A DNA stretch of 64,000 nt from assembly GCA_044339985.1 (NCBI GenBank), contig JBIIUM010000002.1, positions 4,484 to 68,483 on the forward strand, read 5' to 3'. Origin of the DNA: Burkholderiales bacterium. Lineage in GTDB: Bacteria > Pseudomonadota > Gammaproteobacteria > Burkholderiales > Ga0077523. Both the position numbers and the translations under genes were made by a program. Below are positions 19,084-32,700 of this stretch, one piece after another; within the stretch, counting starts at the first letter, position 1; the number at the start of each line of letters is the position of its first letter. Under the pieces are notes generated by a model. The model did no database searches and was not told where the DNA came from. It saw only the letters and a program-made list of their open reading frames with translations.

Positions 19084-20793
19084 ATGCGCGTTAGCCAGTT
19101 TTTCTTGTCGACCCTCAAGGAAGCGCCCGCCGAGGCGGAGCTTGTCAGCCACCGCCTGATGCTGCGCGCCGGGCTCATCCGCAAGCTCGGCAGCGGGCTC
19201 TACACGTGGATGCCGCTGGGTTTGCGGGTGCTGCGCAAGGTGGAAGCCGTGGTGCGCGAGGAGATGAACGCCGCCGGCGCAGTGGAGCTGTCCATGCCCG
19301 CGGTGCAGCCCGCCGAGTTGTGGGAGGAGACCGGCCGATGGGCGCAGTTCGGACCGCAGATGCTCAAGATCAAGGACCGCCACGAGCGCGACTTCTGCTT
19401 CGGCCCCACCCACGAGGAGGTGATCACCGACATTGCGCGCCGCGAGCTGCGCAGCTATCGACAGCTGCCGGTGAATTTCTACCAGATACAGACCAAGTTC
19501 CGCGACGAGATCCGGCCGCGCTTCGGGGTGATGCGCGCCCGCGAATTTCTCATGAAGGATGCCTATTCCTTCCACGCCAGCGTCGAAGACTTGCAGCGCG
19601 AGTACCGCAACATGTACGAGGCCTATTCGCGGATGTTCACGCGGCTGGGACTGCGGTTTCGCGCGGTGGCCGCCGATACCGGCGCCATCGGCGGCACCGG
19701 ATCGCACGAGTTCCACGTGCTGGCCGATTCGGGTGAGGACGCCATCGCCTTCTGCCCCGAGTCCGACTATGCCGCCAACGTGGAGCTGGCCGAGGCGCTC
19801 GCACCGTCTGAGCCGCGCCCGGCGCCCGGTGCGCCCATGGCGCGTCACGCCACGCCCGGGGTGCACTCGGTGGATGATGTGGCGGCGTTCCTTGGATTGC
19901 CTGCCTCCCGAATCGTCAAGACCCTGGTGGTGATTGCCGGGGATGGCCGCCTGGTGCTGCTGTTGCTGCGCGGCGACCATCAATTGAACGAGGTCAAGGC
20001 TGGCCGGAAGTTTTCTCTGGAGGGTGGTTTTCGCTTTGCCACCGAGGCCGAGATTCGTGCCCAGCTTGGCGCCGGCCCCGGTTCCATTGGGCCGGTGGGC
20101 GCGGCCGTTCCGGTGGTGGCAGATCGCGCGGTGATGGCCATGGGCGACTTCGCCTGCGGGGCCAATGCTGACGGCTTCCATTTTGCCGGGGTGAATTTCG
20201 GCCGCGACCTGCCGCTGCCCGACCACGTGGCTGATTTGCGCAACGTTGTGGACGGCGACCCGAGCCCCGATGGGGCGGGCCGCCTTGCCATCGCCCGCGG
20301 TATCGAGGTGGGCCACGTGTTCCAGTTGCGCACCAAGTATTCCGAGGCCATGAGCTGCCAGTTCCTCGACGAGCAGGGCCGCTCGCACCCCATGGAAATG
20401 GGCTGCTACGGCATCGGCGTGTCGCGTATCGTCGCCGCCGCCATCGAGCAGAACCACGATGCGCGCGGCATCCTGTTTCCCGAGGCTCTGGCGCCCTTCC
20501 GGGTGGCCATCGTGGCCATCGGCTACGGCAAGAGCGAGGCGGTGCGCGGCGCTGCCCACGCGCTCCACGATGCCCTCGAGGCGGCGGGCGTGGAAGTGTT
20601 GCTCGACGACCGCGATGAGCGGCCCGGGGTGATGTTTGCCGACATGGAGCTGGTGGGCATCCCCCACCGCATCACCGTGGGTGAGCGCGGCCTGAAGAAC
20701 GGCGAGGTGGAGTATCAGTCGCGCCGTGACGGTGGTGTCACCGCCCTGGCTGCGGCGGGCGCTGCCCAGTGGCTGCTGGAGCGCCTGCGCTGA
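19084..20793 (+). CDS. proS: proline--tRNA ligase
   Basis: 569-aa ORF starting [46 protein letters not shown]... with class II motifs ([26 protein letters not shown]). It is a bacterial-type ProRS with an editing insertion. Confidence 0.95.
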   Translation: MRVSQFFLSTLKEAPAEAELVSHRLMLRAGLIRKLGSGLYTWMPLGLRVLRKVEAVVREEMNAAGAVELSMPAVQPAELWEETGRWAQFGPQMLKIKDRHERDFCFGPTHEEVITDIARRELRSYRQLPVNFYQIQTKFRDEIRPRFGVMRAREFLMKDAYSFHASVEDLQREYRNMYEAYSRMFTRLGLRFRAVAADTGAIGGTGSHEFHVLADSGEDAIAFCPESDYAANVELAEALAPSEPRPAPGAPMARHATPGVHSVDDVAAFLGLPASRIVKTLVVIAGDGRLVLLLLRGDHQLNEVKAGRKFSLEGGFRFATEAEIRAQLGAGPGSIGPVGAAVPVVADRAVMAMGDFACGANADGFHFAGVNFGRDLPLPDHVADLRNVVDGDPSPDGAGRLAIARGIEVGHVFQLRTKYSEAMSCQFLDEQGRSHPMEMGCYGIGVSRIVAAAIEQNHDARGILFPEALAPFRVAIVAIGYGKSEAVRGAAHALHDALEAAGVEVLLDDRDERPGVMFADMELVGIPHRITVGERGLKNGEVEYQSRRDGGVTALAAAGAAQWLLERLR

Positions 20794-21410
20794 TGCGATG
20801 CTGGCTCGCCGCTCTGTGGCTGGGCCTGGCGCCCAGCCTGGCCATGGCCGGCGCGCAACGCTATGAGGCGCTGGCCGATTCGGTGCGCGCACAGTTGCAG
20901 CGCGCCATCGCCGATCGTGCCGTCCCCAGGCTGGCCTTTGCCAACCCCATGGAAGGGCAGTTGTGGCTCAAGGCCATGTCCCAGCGCATGGCAAGGTTCG
21001 TGGCCGACCCCTTCGAGCGCGAGGAACTGCTCGCCACCGTTCACTACGAGGCGAGCCGGGCGGGGCTCGATCCTGAAATGGTGCTGGGCCTGATCGAGGT
21101 GGAGAGCCGGTTTCGAAAATATGCCGTATCCCGCGCAGGCGCCCGCGGCTACATGCAGGTGATGCCCTTCTGGCGGGAGGTGATCGGTGAGCACGATCAC
21201 AACCTCTTCAGCCTGCGAGTCAACCTACGCTACGGCTGCATCATCCTGCGCCACTACCTCGACATGGAGAAGGGCAACCTGTTCCGCGCACTGGGGCGTT
21301 ACAACGGCAGCCTTGGCCGCCCCGAGTACCCTGCCCTGGTGCACACCGCCTGGAAAGCCCGCTGGCAACTCGAGGGCTCCCCTGGCGCTGCCCGGGTGGC
21401 GCGAAATTGA
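20793..21410 (+). CDS. lytic transglycosylase (SLT domain) with signal peptide
   Basis: The ATG at 20793 overlaps the proS stop (TGATG). It has signal [19 protein letters not shown] and the SLT catalytic region GLIEVESRFRKYAVSRAGARGYMQVMP. Confidence 0.8.
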   Translation: MRCWLAALWLGLAPSLAMAGAQRYEALADSVRAQLQRAIADRAVPRLAFANPMEGQLWLKAMSQRMARFVADPFEREELLATVHYEASRAGLDPEMVLGLIEVESRFRKYAVSRAGARGYMQVMPFWREVIGEHDHNLFSLRVNLRYGCIILRHYLDMEKGNLFRALGRYNGSLGRPEYPALVHTAWKARWQLEGSPGAARVARN

Positions 21411-21473
21411 ACCGTACGGGCGCTGCATAGAGGGTCGGCATGGCGCCCCCGCAGGCCCGCGGTTGCTGGGGCG

Positions 21474-24107
<2,634 letters not shown>

Positions 24108-24111
<4 letters not shown>

Positions 24112-24467
24112 GGGCCGCCGCGCTGCGCGCCGGGTTTCACTGGGCCGCCGTGGCCGCGCTCATTGCCCTGACGGCGCTGTGCCTGGCCTGGGAGTGGCTG
24201 CTGGCACCATTGCGCCCGGGCGGCTCGGCGCTGATGCTCAAGTGCCTGCCGCTTCTTGCGCCGCTGTTCGGCCTGCTGCGCGAACGGCTGTTCACCTATC
24301 GCTGGACACCCATGCTGGCGCTGGCCTACTTCACCGAGGGGGTGGTGCGCGGCTGGTCCGAGTCTGGCGCGGCCCGCCAGCTCGCGCTGGCGGAAATCGC
24401 GCTCTCCCTGGCGCTGTTTGCCGCCTGCCTGGGATACGTGTTCGTTCGCACCCGGATGCACCGCTGA
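24108..24467 (+). CDS. DUF2069-like small membrane protein
   Basis: GTG at 24108 overlaps the upstream TGA (GTGA). The 119-aa product has four hydrophobic segments, and its position after wrbA is conserved as far as I recall. Confidence 0.6.
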
Positions 24468-24472
24468 CGGCT

Positions 24473-25399
24473 GTGGCTTACCGGGGACGCTTCGCGCCCA
24501 CGCCTTCGGGTTCGTTGCACTTCGGCTCGGTGGTGGCGGCCGCGGGCAGTCGCGCCGACGCACTGGCCCACGGCGGTCAGTGGCATCTGCGCATGGACGA
24601 CCTGGACCCTCCGAGGGTACGTCCCGGGGCGGAGGATGCCATCCTGCGTACGCTCGAACGCCTGGGCATGACCTGGGACGGGCCGCTGATCCGGCAGTCG
24701 GAGCGCGGGTCCCGTTATGCCGAAGTGCTGGCCTGCCTGGGCGGCAGGGCGCGTGTGTACGGGTGCTCGTGCAGCCGGCGCGAGGTGGAAGCCGCTGGTC
24801 TGCGCGGCGTCGACGGTGCCCGCTATTGCGGTGCCTGCCGTCAGGCGCCGCGGGATCCCTCTCGTCCCCTGGCAGTACGCATCGACACCCGCGGTGCCAC
24901 GGCGGAACTGGTCGACCTGCTCCAGGGCCCCGTGCGGCAGGACTTGAATGCCCAAGTGGGCGACTTCGTGTTGCGTCGCGCCGACAGTGTGTTCGCCTAT
25001 CACCTGGCCTGCGTGGTGGATGACGCCGATTCGGCCTTCGATCACGTGGTGCGGGGGGCGGACCTGCTCGCCTCGACGCCGCGCCAGCGGTGGCTGCAGC
25101 ACTTGCTGGGATGGCCGTCACCTGCCTGGTTGCATCTGCCCGTGGCCACGGGCGCCGCAGGAGAGAAGCTGTCCAAACAGACGCTAGCCTCGCCCGTGGA
25201 TGGAACCTGCGCGGTGGCGGCGCTGCGAGCGGCTTTCTGCTTTCTCGATCATGTGCCGCCTGCGGACGCTGGCAGCGTTGCGGAGCTCTGGGAATGGGTA
25301 ACGGGAGCATGGGACAGAACCCGACTGCCCAGGACCGCGTCGCGCCCAGCCCTGGGGTACGCTCGGCGCGGTGGCTTGCCGGACGCAGTTCCTTCGTGA
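24473..25399 (+). CDS. gluQ: tRNA glutamyl-Q(34) synthetase
   Basis: GTG at 24473 gives VAYRGRFAPTPSGSLHFGS, the HIGH-type region. It also has a Zn cluster CSCSRRE...YCGACR and the KLSKQ (KMSKS-like) motif. At 308 aa it is a truncated GluRS-type protein. Confidence 0.85.
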   Translation: MAYRGRFAPTPSGSLHFGSVVAAAGSRADALAHGGQWHLRMDDLDPPRVRPGAEDAILRTLERLGMTWDGPLIRQSERGSRYAEVLACLGGRARVYGCSCSRREVEAAGLRGVDGARYCGACRQAPRDPSRPLAVRIDTRGATAELVDLLQGPVRQDLNAQVGDFVLRRADSVFAYHLACVVDDADSAFDHVVRGADLLASTPRQRWLQHLLGWPSPAWLHLPVATGAAGEKLSKQTLASPVDGTCAVAALRAAFCFLDHVPPADAGSVAELWEWVTGAWDRTRLPRTASRPALGYARRGGLPDAVPS

Positions 25400-25443
25400 T
25401 CGTGCTGGGACGGGCGTCCGGCGCCGGGGGGCGCGGGGGGCCC

Positions 25444-27396
25444 TCAGCGGGGCCCCGCCTTGCTGGCTGGCAGCGGGTGATCGGCGCCGGCTGCTTCCAC
25501 GCGGTTCCCGCCCTTGCGCTTGGCGTGGTAGAGCATCTGGTCGGCGCCCTTCAGCAACTCGTCGTAGCGGCTCATCGCGCTGGTGCGCTCGGCCACGCCG
25601 ATGGAAACCGTGACCGCCTGGCGCAGCGCTCCCAGCATGATGGGAGACTCGGCAATGGCCTTGCGAAGCCGGTCGCCCACGCGAGTGGTCGCGGCCAGCG
25701 CCGTGTCGGGCGAGATCACGAGGAACTCCTCACCGCCGATCCGGCAGATGACGTCTTCCGCACGGGCAGCCTTGCGCAGCAATCCGGCGGCTTGGCGGAG
25801 CAGCATGTCGCCCACGTCGTGGCCGTGGGTATCGTTGACCCTCTTGAAGCGATCCAGGTCGATCATCATCACCGAGAGGGGGCGCTGGTTGCGGCTTGAA
25901 GCGGCCCACTCCTGCTCGAGGCGCTCCATGCCGTAACGCCTGTTCGGCAGCCCGGTGAGCGGGTCGGTGAGCGCCGCCTGCAGCAACTGGCGATTGACCG
26001 CGGCAAGTTCGGTGGCGAAACGCCGCAGGTCCTGACTGTCGCGCGCCGATTCCTGCTGCAGCCGTACCACCCGCTGACCGGCCCGCAAACGCGCCAGCAG
26101 CACCCGCGGCGCGACGGGCTTGGCGACGAAGTCGTCGGCGCCCGCCTCGAACGCCTCCACCAGACGCTCGTGCCCGTCGGCCTCGGAGAGCAACAGGAAG
26201 TAGATCTGACGCCCTTTCTCGGTCTCGCGAATGGCGCGGCAAAGGGCCAGACCGTCCAGGTCCGGGGTGGCGCTGTTGCAGAGGATCATGTGCGGGAGCG
26301 TGGCCATGGCCTGCTGGAGCGCTTGGGGCCCGTCTGCAGCCACTGTCACCTCATGCCCTTGCTCGACCAACAGTTGTCGAAGCGTGGCAAGTGCCGCTGG
26401 ATCACTGTCAACCACCAGTACCCGCATCAGGTCCGGGGTGGTCTCGGTGGCTCGCAGGGAATCGTGGACGGCCGCTCCCGGCTCATCCGTTTTGGTGGCA
26501 CGGATGGTGGAGAAGGCAGGCACGATCATGGCGGTCACGTCGAGGATCGCGCTCCAGTTGCGCCACTCGGAGGCAACCTCGTCCACCAGCATGGCCAGCG
26601 CATCGGCATCGATGCCGATGCGCGCCGCTCCGAACAACAGGTCCTGGACCAGCAGCGGCCGGGAGGCCTCGGATGCACAACAGAACTCCCCTATCCCGCG
26701 GGCCAGGTGCAGCAAGCGCGTGAGCAAGGCCTCACGTGAGCCCTCGGGGAAGGGTGCGGTGGAGGGCTCTTCATGGTGAGAAATGGCGCCGATGAACACC
26801 CGTGGCAGCATCCAATTCTCCAACAGCGCCACGCTCAACTCGGTGTGATCGGCGCGGAAGCGTATGCGCTCCTGATCGCGCAACCCGGGCCCGGTCCTGC
26901 CGCCATGGGCTGCGAGCAGTTCGCCGTAGGTTTCCGGATGAAGGGTGGCAAGTGCAAGCGTGCCCACCTCGGCGAGCAGACCGCAACTGAAGGCCTCGTC
27001 CGGGGCGGCCACGCGGGTGCGCATGCACAGGGCGTTCGCGGCGATGCCCCTGGCGAGCGACCCGGACCAGTACTTCTGGTAGCCGAAACCCTCACAGGCG
27101 CCCGACTGGTTCTGCTCCAGGATCGACAGGCTCAGGGAAAGCTGACGCACCGTTGCCATGCCCAGCAGGTGGATGCCATCGGCCACCGCCACCACCGGAC
27201 GGCGCGGACCCGCCATGGCTGAGTTGGCGAATTTGATCAGACGTCCTGCCAGCGCCGGGTCGCTCTGCACGACTCGAGTCAGTTCCGAAAGGCTCACGTC
27301 GTCGCGCCGGGTGAGCTCCATGATCTGCAAGGCCACCCCCGACGGGGTGGGCAGCTTGCCAGTGGTCGTCAGCTCGTCGAAATCGCTCTTGTTCAT
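25444..27396 (-). CDS. HDOD domain - receiver-like domain - GGDEF diguanylate cyclase
   Basis: 650-aa ORF. The N-terminal HDOD region is LPTPSGVALQIMELT...SDPALAGRLIKFANSA. The central REC-like region is RVLVVDSDPAA...ILCNSATPDLDG...LLLSEA...FVAKP. The C-terminal GGDEF domain has RIGGEEF, with an RAED I-site 5 residues upstream. Confidence 0.85.
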   Translation of the reverse strand: MNKSDFDELTTTGKLPTPSGVALQIMELTRRDDVSLSELTRVVQSDPALAGRLIKFANSAMAGPRRPVVAVADGIHLLGMATVRQLSLSLSILEQNQSGACEGFGYQKYWSGSLARGIAANALCMRTRVAAPDEAFSCGLLAEVGTLALATLHPETYGELLAAHGGRTGPGLRDQERIRFRADHTELSVALLENWMLPRVFIGAISHHEEPSTAPFPEGSREALLTRLLHLARGIGEFCCASEASRPLLVQDLLFGAARIGIDADALAMLVDEVASEWRNWSAILDVTAMIVPAFSTIRATKTDEPGAAVHDSLRATETTPDLMRVLVVDSDPAALATLRQLLVEQGHEVTVAADGPQALQQAMATLPHMILCNSATPDLDGLALCRAIRETEKGRQIYFLLLSEADGHERLVEAFEAGADDFVAKPVAPRVLLARLRAGQRVVRLQQESARDSQDLRRFATELAAVNRQLLQAALTDPLTGLPNRRYGMERLEQEWAASSRNQRPLSVMMIDLDRFKRVNDTHGHDVGDMLLRQAAGLLRKAARAEDVICRIGGEEFLVISPDTALAATTRVGDRLRKAIAESPIMLGALRQAVTVSIGVAERTSAMSRYDELLKGADQMLYHAKRKGGNRVEAAGADHPLPASKAGPR

Positions 27397-27651
27397 GGCT
27401 GTCCAGGTACGAGTCCGGGCCCGGCAAAGCCGTACGCGCAGACCGCGATGGCGTTTTCATCGACCCCCGCGCGACTTTCTTGAGCCGGGACGGCGGAAAT
27501 CGTCCACCGGAATGGGCTTCCTGGAGGCTAGCGGGTGACGGACTGGTCGCCAGCCACAGGGACTCGAGCGTCCAGTGAGCCCCCGATGCGCCGGCCTCGG
27601 TTGCCAGACACTGGCGACTGCAGCGGCACCGCCTGACGTGGCCTGGCGGGA

Positions 27652-28434
27652 TCAGGCAGACTGAGGCCGCGTTGAGGGGTCCGGGAGCGGCTCCCTGGGC
27701 TCCCACGGAAATCCGCTTGAGGCCACGCCGGCGCGGATCTCCCCCATGGCGCGGGCCACGGCCATCGCCTCGCCACGCACGCCCAGTTCGATGTGGCGTT
27801 GCCCAGGTCCGAGGTGGGGCAGGCTGAAGAGCTTGAGCTGCGGGTAGCGGGAAACGATGAGGTTCATGAGGTCCACCAGCTGACTCTCGCCTGCGTCGCG
27901 CACCAGGATGGCCTCGTCCACCTCGCGCTCGGTGCGCCGCAAGTGCCCGTAGCGGGTGTCCAGGAGCCACTCCAGCATGGGCCAGGCCATCTCCGGGAAG
28001 CCAGGAAGGAAGTGGTGGTTGCCGAGGCTGAAGCCAGGCACGCGGTTGAAGGGGTTGGGGACGATGAGGCTGCCGGCGGGAAACTCGCCCATGCGGATGC
28101 GGCGGGGATAGGCCTCGGCGCCAAAACGCGCCTCGATCTCGGCCTTGGCCTCGGGGTGAAGTTCGAGCGGCACGCCGGCGGCCTGCGCTGCTGCCTGCCG
28201 GGTGTGGTCGTCGGGTGTGGCGCCGATGCCGCCGAAGCTGAACACCACGTCAGGGGTGGCAAGGGTTTCGCGCAGCGCCGCGGCGATGCGTTCGCGCTCA
28301 TCGCCCAGGTAGCGCGCCCACGCAAGCGCCAGACCGCGGCGGGCAAGCGCGCCGATCGCTCGCGCCAGATGCTTGTCCTGGCGCTTGCCCGACAGGATTT
28401 CGTCGCCGATGATGAACACGCCGAAGGCAGTCAT
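27652..28434 (-). CDS. CinA-like MoCF-binding (molybdopterin-binding) domain protein
   Basis: 260-aa ORF starting MTAFGVFIIGDEILSGKRQDKH...VFSFGGIGATPDDHTRQA, a MoaB/MogA/CinA N-terminal type domain. It has no PncC-type C-terminal domain. Confidence 0.8.
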   Translation of the reverse strand: MTAFGVFIIGDEILSGKRQDKHLARAIGALARRGLALAWARYLGDERERIAAALRETLATPDVVFSFGGIGATPDDHTRQAAAQAAGVPLELHPEAKAEIEARFGAEAYPRRIRMGEFPAGSLIVPNPFNRVPGFSLGNHHFLPGFPEMAWPMLEWLLDTRYGHLRRTEREVDEAILVRDAGESQLVDLMNLIVSRYPQLKLFSLPHLGPGQRHIELGVRGEAMAVARAMGEIRAGVASSGFPWEPREPLPDPSTRPQSA

Positions 28435-28479
28435 GGTTGGTTTGGCCGGATTGCGAAGGTGCGGGCAGGCTGTGGACGT

Positions 28480-28857
28480 TCAGCGCTTTTCGATGGGCGC
28501 GGCTGGACGGGTTTCACCCGACCAGTTATAGGACATGAGCCGCCCGGATTGGTCGAATTTCACCTGCAACATCTTGAAACTGGTGTCCTCGCCGCCGGGC
28601 AGCTTGCCCGAGCCGTAATACCAAGTCCATTGTTCATGGCGCGTGCCGTCCACCTCCAGCACCTGGCCGCTGCCCAGCGGCGGGCCAAGCCATTCGCGCA
28701 CCTGGGTCATGGTGGTTTCACCGTGCTTCATGCGGGCGGCGAAGGCGCCGAAATCGAAATCGCGGCCCACCTTGACGGTGGCGCAGCCGGACGCCAGTGC
28801 AAGAATTGCAGCGGCCAGCCATGTCTTGGAGCGGACGGCGGAAAGATGGTGTTGCAT
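28480..28857 (-). CDS. lipoprotein, BamE/SmpA-OmlA-like
   Basis: The internal ATG at 28857 gives lipobox LALASGC. The stretch GETTMTQVREWLGPP...WTWYYG resembles the BamE-like fold signature. Confidence 0.6.
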   Translation of the reverse strand: MQHHLSAVRSKTWLAAAILALASGCATVKVGRDFDFGAFAARMKHGETTMTQVREWLGPPLGSGQVLEVDGTRHEQWTWYYGSGKLPGGEDTSFKMLQVKFDQSGRLMSYNWSGETRPAAPIEKR

Positions 28858-28966
28858 GGTCAGGGTCCTCGGTGAAAAAACCGCTGCTTCGACTGGTGCC
28901 CCACGGAAAAGTTGGCGCCGCACCCGGCGGGCGCGGGGCGCGGGCCGCGTGATTGGGGCGGATGTT

Positions 28967-29236
28967 TCAGCAGCCGTCGCCTGGCTGCGCTGCGCGGCAT
29001 TCGGCGCGGCTGCGATCGGCGTTGCTCACGCAGCGGTAGCGTTCGCCGCGGCAGGCTGCGCACCAGGTGGTGGTGATGCCCTGATCCTTGTAACGGCTCT
29101 TGAGCACGTCCACTTCGCGGAGGCTGCAATCAATGGCGTTGGCCGTGAGCGCTTCCTGGCTGGAACAAGCCCCCAGCAGCGTTGCCAGGCCCAGGGCGAG
29201 GGCGGTGGCGGCGAGCGTGCGAGACACAGCGATCAT
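28967..29236 (-). CDS. small Cys-rich lipoprotein, hypothetical
   Basis: The ATG at 29236 overlaps the CBS gene stop (ATGA). It has lipobox LLGAC. The 89-aa product carries 7 further Cys in the mature part. Confidence 0.5.
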   Translation of the reverse strand: MIAVSRTLAATALALGLATLLGACSSQEALTANAIDCSLREVDVLKSRYKDQGITTTWCAACRGERYRCVSNADRSRAECRAAQPGDGC

Positions 29237-29661
29237 CCGGAAATGTAGGACTCGAGTTGCTGGATCTGGAAGCGCTGGTCGGCAATGGTTTCCTTCACGG
29301 CATCGCCGATGGACACCACCCCCACCACGCGCCCGCCCTGCACCACGGGCAGGTGCCGTACCCGCAGGTCGGTCATGATGCCCAGGCAATCGTCCACTGT
29401 GTTGTCCGGCGAGACCACGTGCACCCGTTCGGTCATGATGTCGCGCACACGGGTGTCGCGGGAGGCCTTGCCCATGAGAATCACCTTGCGCGCGTAGTCG
29501 CGTTCGGAAAAGATGCCCGCCAGCCGCTCACCCTCCATCACCACCAGTGCGCCCACGTCGTGCTCGGCCATGAGCCGCAAGGCATCGAAGACCGTATCCT
29601 CGGGTCCGACACCGAGCACGGCAAGCGCTTTCCTTTGCAGGACCTGAGCCACGGTCTTCAT
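29233..29661 (-). CDS. CBS domain pair protein
   Basis: The ATG at 29661 gives a 142-aa protein with two CBS motifs (VFDALRLMAEHDVGALVV and VDDCLGIMTDLRVRHLPVV). The rest of ORF 29233..30435 is a shadow extension. Confidence 0.8.
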   Translation of the reverse strand: MKTVAQVLQRKALAVLGVGPEDTVFDALRLMAEHDVGALVVMEGERLAGIFSERDYARKVILMGKASRDTRVRDIMTERVHVVSPDNTVDDCLGIMTDLRVRHLPVVQGGRVVGVVSIGDAVKETIADQRFQIQQLESYISG

Positions 29662-29795
29662 GCCGGTCTCCTCGCGCTGCGGCCTTGCAACGCCGCGTGA
29701 GCGCGAAGTGTAGGCGCCCCGCCGCGGCGGCGGCAAGTCTCGTGCGGCGCGTGCGGCGCGATGGGGGCGCACCCGGACCGCAGGCCTGAGGATGC

Positions 29796-32700
29796 CTAGA
29801 GCTCGCTCCAGGCCTTCTCGATCCGCTTGAAGGACACCGGGTAGGGCGTGCGCAACTGCTGCGCCCAGAGCGATACTCGAAGCTCTTCCAGCATCCAGCG
29901 GAACTCCTCCAGCCGCGGGTTGCGGCTGCCGCGGGCCCGGTCCGCCTCGCGGCGCTGGGTCCACAGCTTCCACCAATGGGAGACGGTGTCCTGCCACTGG
30001 GCATCGCGGGCCGGATTGGAGGCGAACTTGTCCAGACGTATGGCAATGGCCTGCAGGTAGCGGGGCAACTGCTTCAGCCGCTCGTAGGGTGTGGTGGTGA
30101 TGAAGTCCGCCGGCAGCAGCCCCCGCAATTGCGCCTTCACGTCCGTCATCAGCCTCTGCCACGCCTGGGCGCCGGGCTGCTGGATGCGCGGGCGCAAGGC
30201 GTACACCTCGCCAAGGGTGGACAGCACCACGGCGCATACCTCGTTGGCCACTTCCACCAGGCGGGTACGCGCCTTTACCACCCGGGCCTCGAAGGCGCTG
30301 CGGTCGCGGATGCGGTCTGCCTCGGCAAAGAAGGCGCGGTCGCAGGCGGCCGTCACCAGCGCTTCCTGCAGCCGCTCCATGGTGCCGGCCTTGTCCTGGG
30401 GGCGCTCGCCCAGCAGCTCGGCCAGCGCGGTCCACTTGAGCGCCATGTCCTGTACGCCGCGCAGGTTGCGGCCCACGAACTTCACCTGCTCCACCGCGGC
30501 GAGCTGGAACAGCCGGCGCAGGCCGCGGCGCGTGGCCGCGGCGGCCTCGTCCTCGGTGTCCAGCAGCACCAGGGACACCGACTTGCCCTCATCCACGATG
30601 GCCGGATAGCCCAGCAGCTTCTGTCCGGCCCGGGTGAACTCCACCTGCTCGGGCAGCTCGCCGAAGTCCCAGGTGGTGACGCCCTGGCGCTCGAAGCTCG
30701 AGCGCGCCGTTTCGGTGAACTGGCGGCGCGCCTTCACGCCCAGTTGCAGCCGCAGCGCCGGCAGGTCACGCCCCTGGGCGAGCTCTGAACCCTTCTCGTC
30801 GAGCACGCGGAAATTCATGTGCAGGTGCGCCGGCAGGCCGGCCAGGTCCCAGGCGTCGACGGGAACCTCCACCCCGGCCTGACGCTTCAGCGCCTCGGAC
30901 AGTACCTGGGGCAGCGGCACTGCGTCGGCCTCGATCTCGCCCAGCAGCGCCGTGACCACCTGGGGCACGGGCACGAAATGCCTGCGCAGCCCTTTGGGCA
31001 GGCTCTTCAGCAGCTCGGTGAGCTTGTCGCGCAGCAGCCCCGGCACGAGCCACTGGGCGCAGCGCTCGTCCACCTGGTTGAGCAGGTGCAGCGGCACCTG
31101 CAGCGTGACCCCGTCCAGCGGGTGGCCCGGGTCGAATCGGTAGGTGAGCGCGTAGCGCACGCCGTTCATCTCCAGCGCGTCGGGAAAGCGCTCGGCGCTG
31201 GGGGCCTGGGCGCCCTGGCGCATGAGCCCCTCGCGGGTCATGAAGAGCAGCCTCGGGTCAGCGCGCTCGGCCTCCTTGCGCCAGTGCTCGAAGGCGGCCA
31301 TGCCGTGCACGTCGGCGGGGATGCGCGCGTCGTAGAAGGCGAACATGTCCTCGGCATCCACCAGAACGTCGTGGCGGCGCGACTTGTGCTCCAGGTCGCG
31401 CACCTCCTCCACCAGGCGGCGGTTGTGGCGCAGGAAGGGCGCCTCCAGGCGCGCGTCGCCTTCCACGAGCGCGGCGCGGATGAAGATGCGGCGCGACTCG
31501 GCGGGGTCGATGGGCCCGTAGGCCACGCGCCGCCGCGGCACCACCGTGAGGCCGTAGACCACCACCCGCTCGAAGGCCACCACCTGCCCGGTGGCCTTCT
31601 CCCAGTGGGGGTCGAAGTGGTGCTTCTTCGCAAGGTGCGGCGCGGCGGCCTCGATCCACTCGGGCTCGATGCCGGCCACGCAGCGCGCGAACAGCCGCGT
31701 GGTCTCGGTGAGCTCCGCGGCCATCACCCACCTGGGCTGCTTCCTGCGCAACGCCGAGCCGGGGAAGACGTGGAACTTCACGCCCCTCGCTCCGAGGTAT
31801 TCGCCACCCTCCTCACCCTTCATGCCGATGTTGCCCAGCAGCCCGGCGAGCAGCGCGCGGTGCACCTGGGCGTGCTCGGCAGGCTTGTCGTTCTCGCGCC
31901 AGCCCATCTCGGACACCAGCGCGTGCAGATGGCCGTGCAGATCGCGCCACTCGCGCAGCCGCAGCCACGAGAGAAACTTCTCGCGGCACTCGGCCTGCAG
32001 CTTGCGCATCGATTTCCTGTGCTTGAGCAGCTCGTCGTAGAAGTCCCACAGCTTGAGGAACCCAAGGAAGTCGGAGCGCTCGTCCACGAAGGCGGCGTGG
32101 GCGGCGTCGGCCGCGTCGGCCTTCTCCATGGGCCGGTCGCGCGGGTCCTGCACCGACAGGGCCGCGGCGATGACCAGCACCTCGCGCAGGCAGTTCTCGC
32201 GCTTCGCGGCCACGATCATGCGGCCGATGCGCGGGTCGATGGGCAGCCGGGCGAGCTGGGCGCCCACGCTGGTGAGGTTATGGCGCTCATCCACCGCGCC
32301 CAGTTCCAGCAGCAGCTGGTAGCCGTCGGCGATCATGCGCGGCTGGGGCGGCTCCACGAAGGGAAAGGATTCGGGCTCGCCGAGCTTGAGCGCCTTCATG
32401 CGCAGGATCACCGCCGCGAGAGAGGAGCGCAGGATCTCGGGGTCGGTGAACTCGGGGCGCGTCTGGAATTCCTCCTCGGAGTACAGCCGCACGCACACAC
32501 CGCTCGAGACGCGCCCGCAGCGCCCCGCGCGCTGGTTGGCCGACGCCCGCGACACGGGTTCCACCTGCAGCATCTCCACCTTGTTGCGGAAGCTGTAGCG
32601 ATTGATGCGCGCCAGCCCCGGGTCCACCACGTACCGGATGCGCGGTACCGTGAGCGAGGTCTCGGCCACGTTGGTGGCCAGCACCACCCGCGGCCCGGCA

